Of a stretch of DNA of 64,000 nucleotides, positions 60,810 through 64,000 are shown one piece after another. The notes beneath the pieces were generated by a model. It ran no database searches, was not told the origin of the DNA, and saw only the letters and a program-made list of their open reading frames with translations. Both the position numbers and the translations under genes were made by a program. Within the stretch, counting starts at the first letter, position 1. Every line of letters starts with the position of its first letter. Source of the stretch: Nemertoderma westbladi (taxonomy: Eukaryota > Animalia > Xenacoelomorpha); NCBI GenBank assembly GCA_032718475.1, contig JAUCBJ010007152.1:9381-73380 (forward strand). Reading direction: 5' to 3'.

Positions 60810-61079
60810 ATGGCAAAGACAACCAAATATGAATATCAACATCTGATTGGTAGTTTCACAGATTTTGGTTCCCTCTCAAACAGTACCGTTGCTAGTACCG
60901 GTACGGGAACTACAACCACCTATGTTTTCTCACCTCCAGATGAAATCGAGTTGCTCGAACCTCAACCGCGGTCTAGAAAAAAAAGCGACGAAAACAAACA
61001 GGAGGCAGATTCCTTCTTGGAGAGGGAAATCCGTCCTGGTGATACAATTCAGGGATTCTCCTTGCAGTATGGTGTCCAG
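60810..61079 (+). CDS. LYSMD3: LysM-domain protein (LYSMD3/4-like), coding exon 1
   Basis: Acceptor cattcag at 60790, ATG at 60810, 90 codons ending EIRPGDTIQGFSLQYGVQ, then a GT donor at 61080. Confidence 0.85.
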
Positions 61080-61404
61080 GTTGTTTACTATCTGTAGCCT
61101 GTAGGGTGTAGGCCTATTATTCTATTACAGTATTAGGCCTATTAGGCTATATGTATCAGATTCAGATTATATTCATTCAGATACCGGTATTATTACAGTG
61201 GGGCCGGTATTAGCAGATTAGCATTAGGCCTAGAAAATTACAGTATTATAACATATAATAAGGGTATTATCAGATTATTATTAGGCCTACAGTATTATCA
61301 GATTATACTGCATCTTACTGTCTTATATAATTTTAAATTTTCTGTCGATTTCCGTATTTACTGAGTGTTGAATTGAGTGTATCTGTATAATACTACCGGT
61401 ACCT

Positions 61405-62805
61405 TAGTGTTTAAACGGGATCACACTTTTCGGGATTTCCTGGATCGCTGGGACCGGCATTTTCACTCTCGGGATCCTGTTTTTCGGGATCGGGATTGCA
61501 ATTTTGTATTAAATTTCCTTAAAGTTAATAGGCCTAGTACAGTAGTAGGCCTATGGTGATATCAGTATATATGGCGGAATGGCGGGGTTTGGCTAACACT
61601 CACTTTATCTTACACTTCTGAAATATTTGTAAGATTAAGTTATATTAAAATTATCTTGCATTTGATTACTACTACTAGGATCGGCATTGCAGCTGCATTT
61701 TTAAGAATGCTGTGCCGGCTTATCGACAAAATTGCACCGCCACAACTCCCTATCACCCATGACATTTGCTAGATCATCCGCATCTTCAAGGCCAGTGTCC
61801 TTTAAGATGCATCTCAAGAAAGTTATTGGCTGTCCACCATGCTTATTCACTCCATGACTGCGTGAGGCGCCAAAGTACCCGATTATGCACTGGCTGGTGC
61901 TCACGGCGAAACCAATATCCTGCAAAGAGCAAAGGACAGTTTGCTTTGCTTTGCTTTGTTCTGGTGTCAAGCTTGGGGAAACCATTGAGACACCTCCAAT
62001 GTTATATAGTGTCTGGTTGGAGATGTGTGCATTGTACTTGACACAATGAACCCGGCGTAGCATTCTTGTGAATGTACCATCCAGAGATTTGGTGTCCTCA
62101 GCAGTTAGAGCCCAGCATGGACTCCCATAGAGGAGTACTGGAACTACTGCTGCTCTAAATAATCGGACCTTAAGTTTCCGATTATTTCTCGGTGACTTCC
62201 AAATCCTGGAAAGCCTATTCAAGGCTGCCCATGTCTTTCCCTTACGTATTCGAAGGTCCTCACCTGACTTCCGGATCCATGATCCCAGGTAACAGAAGTC
62301 ATCCACATGCTCAAGCATACCATCTTTTGAGCTTATGCTCATCCGATTAGAGACTTGCTGAGGATTTTCAAAGTTAAGTGTCAAAATGTTGGTCTTTCTG
62401 GAGTTAATAAAAAGACCAACACTAGAAGCAGCATGTTCTAATGAGCTGAGGAGCCGAGAGTGTTAGGTTGCCCTTCTTGGGAACTGGCACCAACTTATTT
62501 GTTTTCATTTCTTGTGGGACTCTTGTTGTTCGGTACATGTCTACTATGATGGGATAGATGAGCTTTAAATATATAGATAGATGCATTTGATTACTGGATG
62601 TTTTACTGAAATAAAAATTAGATATAATATAATCATGTAGCCTAATCAAAACATTTCCGTTCTGCTGGAACTATTTCTCAGATATTCAACAAATTTACTT
62701 ATAATAAGTCTATATTTACTTCGGGAAACCAGATCCAATAATGTTGGGATTGCGTCTTTCGCCGGGATCCCTGTTTTTCTGGATCGGGATCCCGTTTAAA
62801 CACTG
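61405..62805. mobile_element. hAT-like MITE in the LysM gene intron
   Basis: TAGTGTTTAAACGGGATC / GATCCCGTTTAAACACTG ends; cgggat subterminal repeats; TSD imperfect. Confidence 0.7.
61701..62560 (-). mobile_element. RTE LINE fragment nested in the MITE, internally deleted
   Basis: LVPVPKKGNL, VDDFCYLGS, KVRLFRAAV.PVLLYG...W, LDGTFTRMLR. Confidence 0.85.
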
Positions 62806-62863
62806 CTACCTTTACACCTGTTCTGGTGAGTGAGAAGTAATTCAACGATTTATTTAATTTTAG

Positions 62864-63394
62864 GTGTCCGAACTGAGGCGTGCGAACGGAATTCTTTCCG
62901 ATACCGACTTCCGGGGTCTTAGTCGAATCCGGATTCCGGTACGACCTCACGGCTTATTAACCGACCCGAGGGAGGAACAAAAACGACGGCCAGATGTCGG
63001 GTCCTTACAGGCGGACAGTCCGTCGGTAACTAACCTAGAAACGGACTCGGAACCAACTCGGTTCCACGATATATCTATCGGGGACTCTCACTGCAGTATC
63101 ACAGACAGACCGACAGACCCTGCAGAATTCCTACAGCGAATGGACTCAGACATACAGAATATCTGTCGGTCGACGGACACACTGAAACCCTCCCTGGAGG
63201 AAACAACTCGGTATTTGACCAACAAACGGATTCTCCCTTTACCCGCCCGCAACCCGCCCACCAACGGCGCCGACTGGGGTGTTAAGTGGTGGGCCTTATT
63301 GGGCCTCTCTCTCCTTGTTATCGTACTTATTGTTATTTACGGCGTTTGGGCTTATTGTAGTAAACATTCCTGTAGTTTATTCCATTTCAGCTAG
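62864..63394 (+). CDS. LYSMD3: LysM-domain protein (LYSMD3/4-like), coding exon 2
   Basis: Acceptor tttttag at 62863, phase 0. VSELRRAN..IRIP completes the LysM domain; FLQRMDSDI, GADWG and a C-terminal TM helix are typical of LYSMD3/4; total 266 aa. Confidence 0.88.
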   Translation: MSELRRANGILSDTDFRGLSRIRIPVRPHGLLTDPREEQKRRPDVGSLQADSPSVTNLETDSEPTRFHDISIGDSHCSITDRPTDPAEFLQRMDSDIQNICRSTDTLKPSLEETTRYLTNKRILPLPARNPPTNGADWGVKWWALLGLSLLVIVLIVIYGVWAYCSKHSCSLFHFS

Positions 63395-64000
63395 GTTTTG
63401 GTCGACATTCTTGTATATTTATTTATTGCATGGGATACAATTGGTTTCACAGAGGGTATACCGGGGTTATTTTGACACCGGAACCAATCTGACATTCAAA
63501 AATGTTCTTTTTTTCAGAATTATTTAAATCGTTGGCGTTTCGGATGTACATCTGGTCACTAAAACTATCGAAATACCGAGCACATTACATTTTTTAGGAA
63601 TTCTTGGTGTCTCTCTCCCCCCTAAATCCATTGCAGATTTAATGTTTTTTTTTTTAATTTAGTTTATTTTAGTTTATTTACTATGTTATTACTACTAGGT
63701 TATTTAGTGAAGGGCTTTACTTACACTGATATATTATTATAGGTTTAAAACATTGAATCTTTGCTGGGCTGTAATTGGTACGCACAGGATAAAAACATAA
63801 GAAAAGTTTCTTCAGCCTACGCCTACAGGCCAGGGATTACCCACAAAATCTGACGATTTATTTCCGGTGCGGTCCCCCCAGAACTATACTCCCAAGAGGA
63901 AACTCCAGTACTCATTTAGCTACCTTACATTTAGGATTCAAGGCAGAGATGCGCCCTGGTTAACATTTTAGGCAACATTAAGGAAATTTATATTTGTATA

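Overview
Repeat-dense animal (invertebrate-like) genomic window, read by eye without database searches. From left to right: a near-intact BEL/Pao LTR retrotransposon with a zinc-knuckle accessory ORF, whose probable 3' LTR is interrupted by a young RTE-X-like LINE; a decayed IS630/Tc1-like transposase with an N-terminal RING finger, cut off by a decayed Ty3/Gypsy element; and a rearranged second BEL remnant. Next is a complete 18.7-kb Maverick/Polinton (29231-47909) with AGTAGT...ACTACT termini, long TIRs and a 6-bp CATATA target-site duplication. It encodes pPolB, integrase, packaging ATPase, adenain-like protease, a major capsid, two minor capsids and core proteins. After it come a nest of non-autonomous DNA transposons and a two-coding-exon host LYSMD3/4-like gene. 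The most notable signal is inside the Polinton: a two-repeat TATA-binding-protein-like gene (36347-36901) that the ORF track only half shows because of one premature stop. It lies on the same strand as pPolB and a PC4-like gene, and a RING protein is on the opposite strand. This suggests, by inference, a virus-encoded transcription/replication accessory module.
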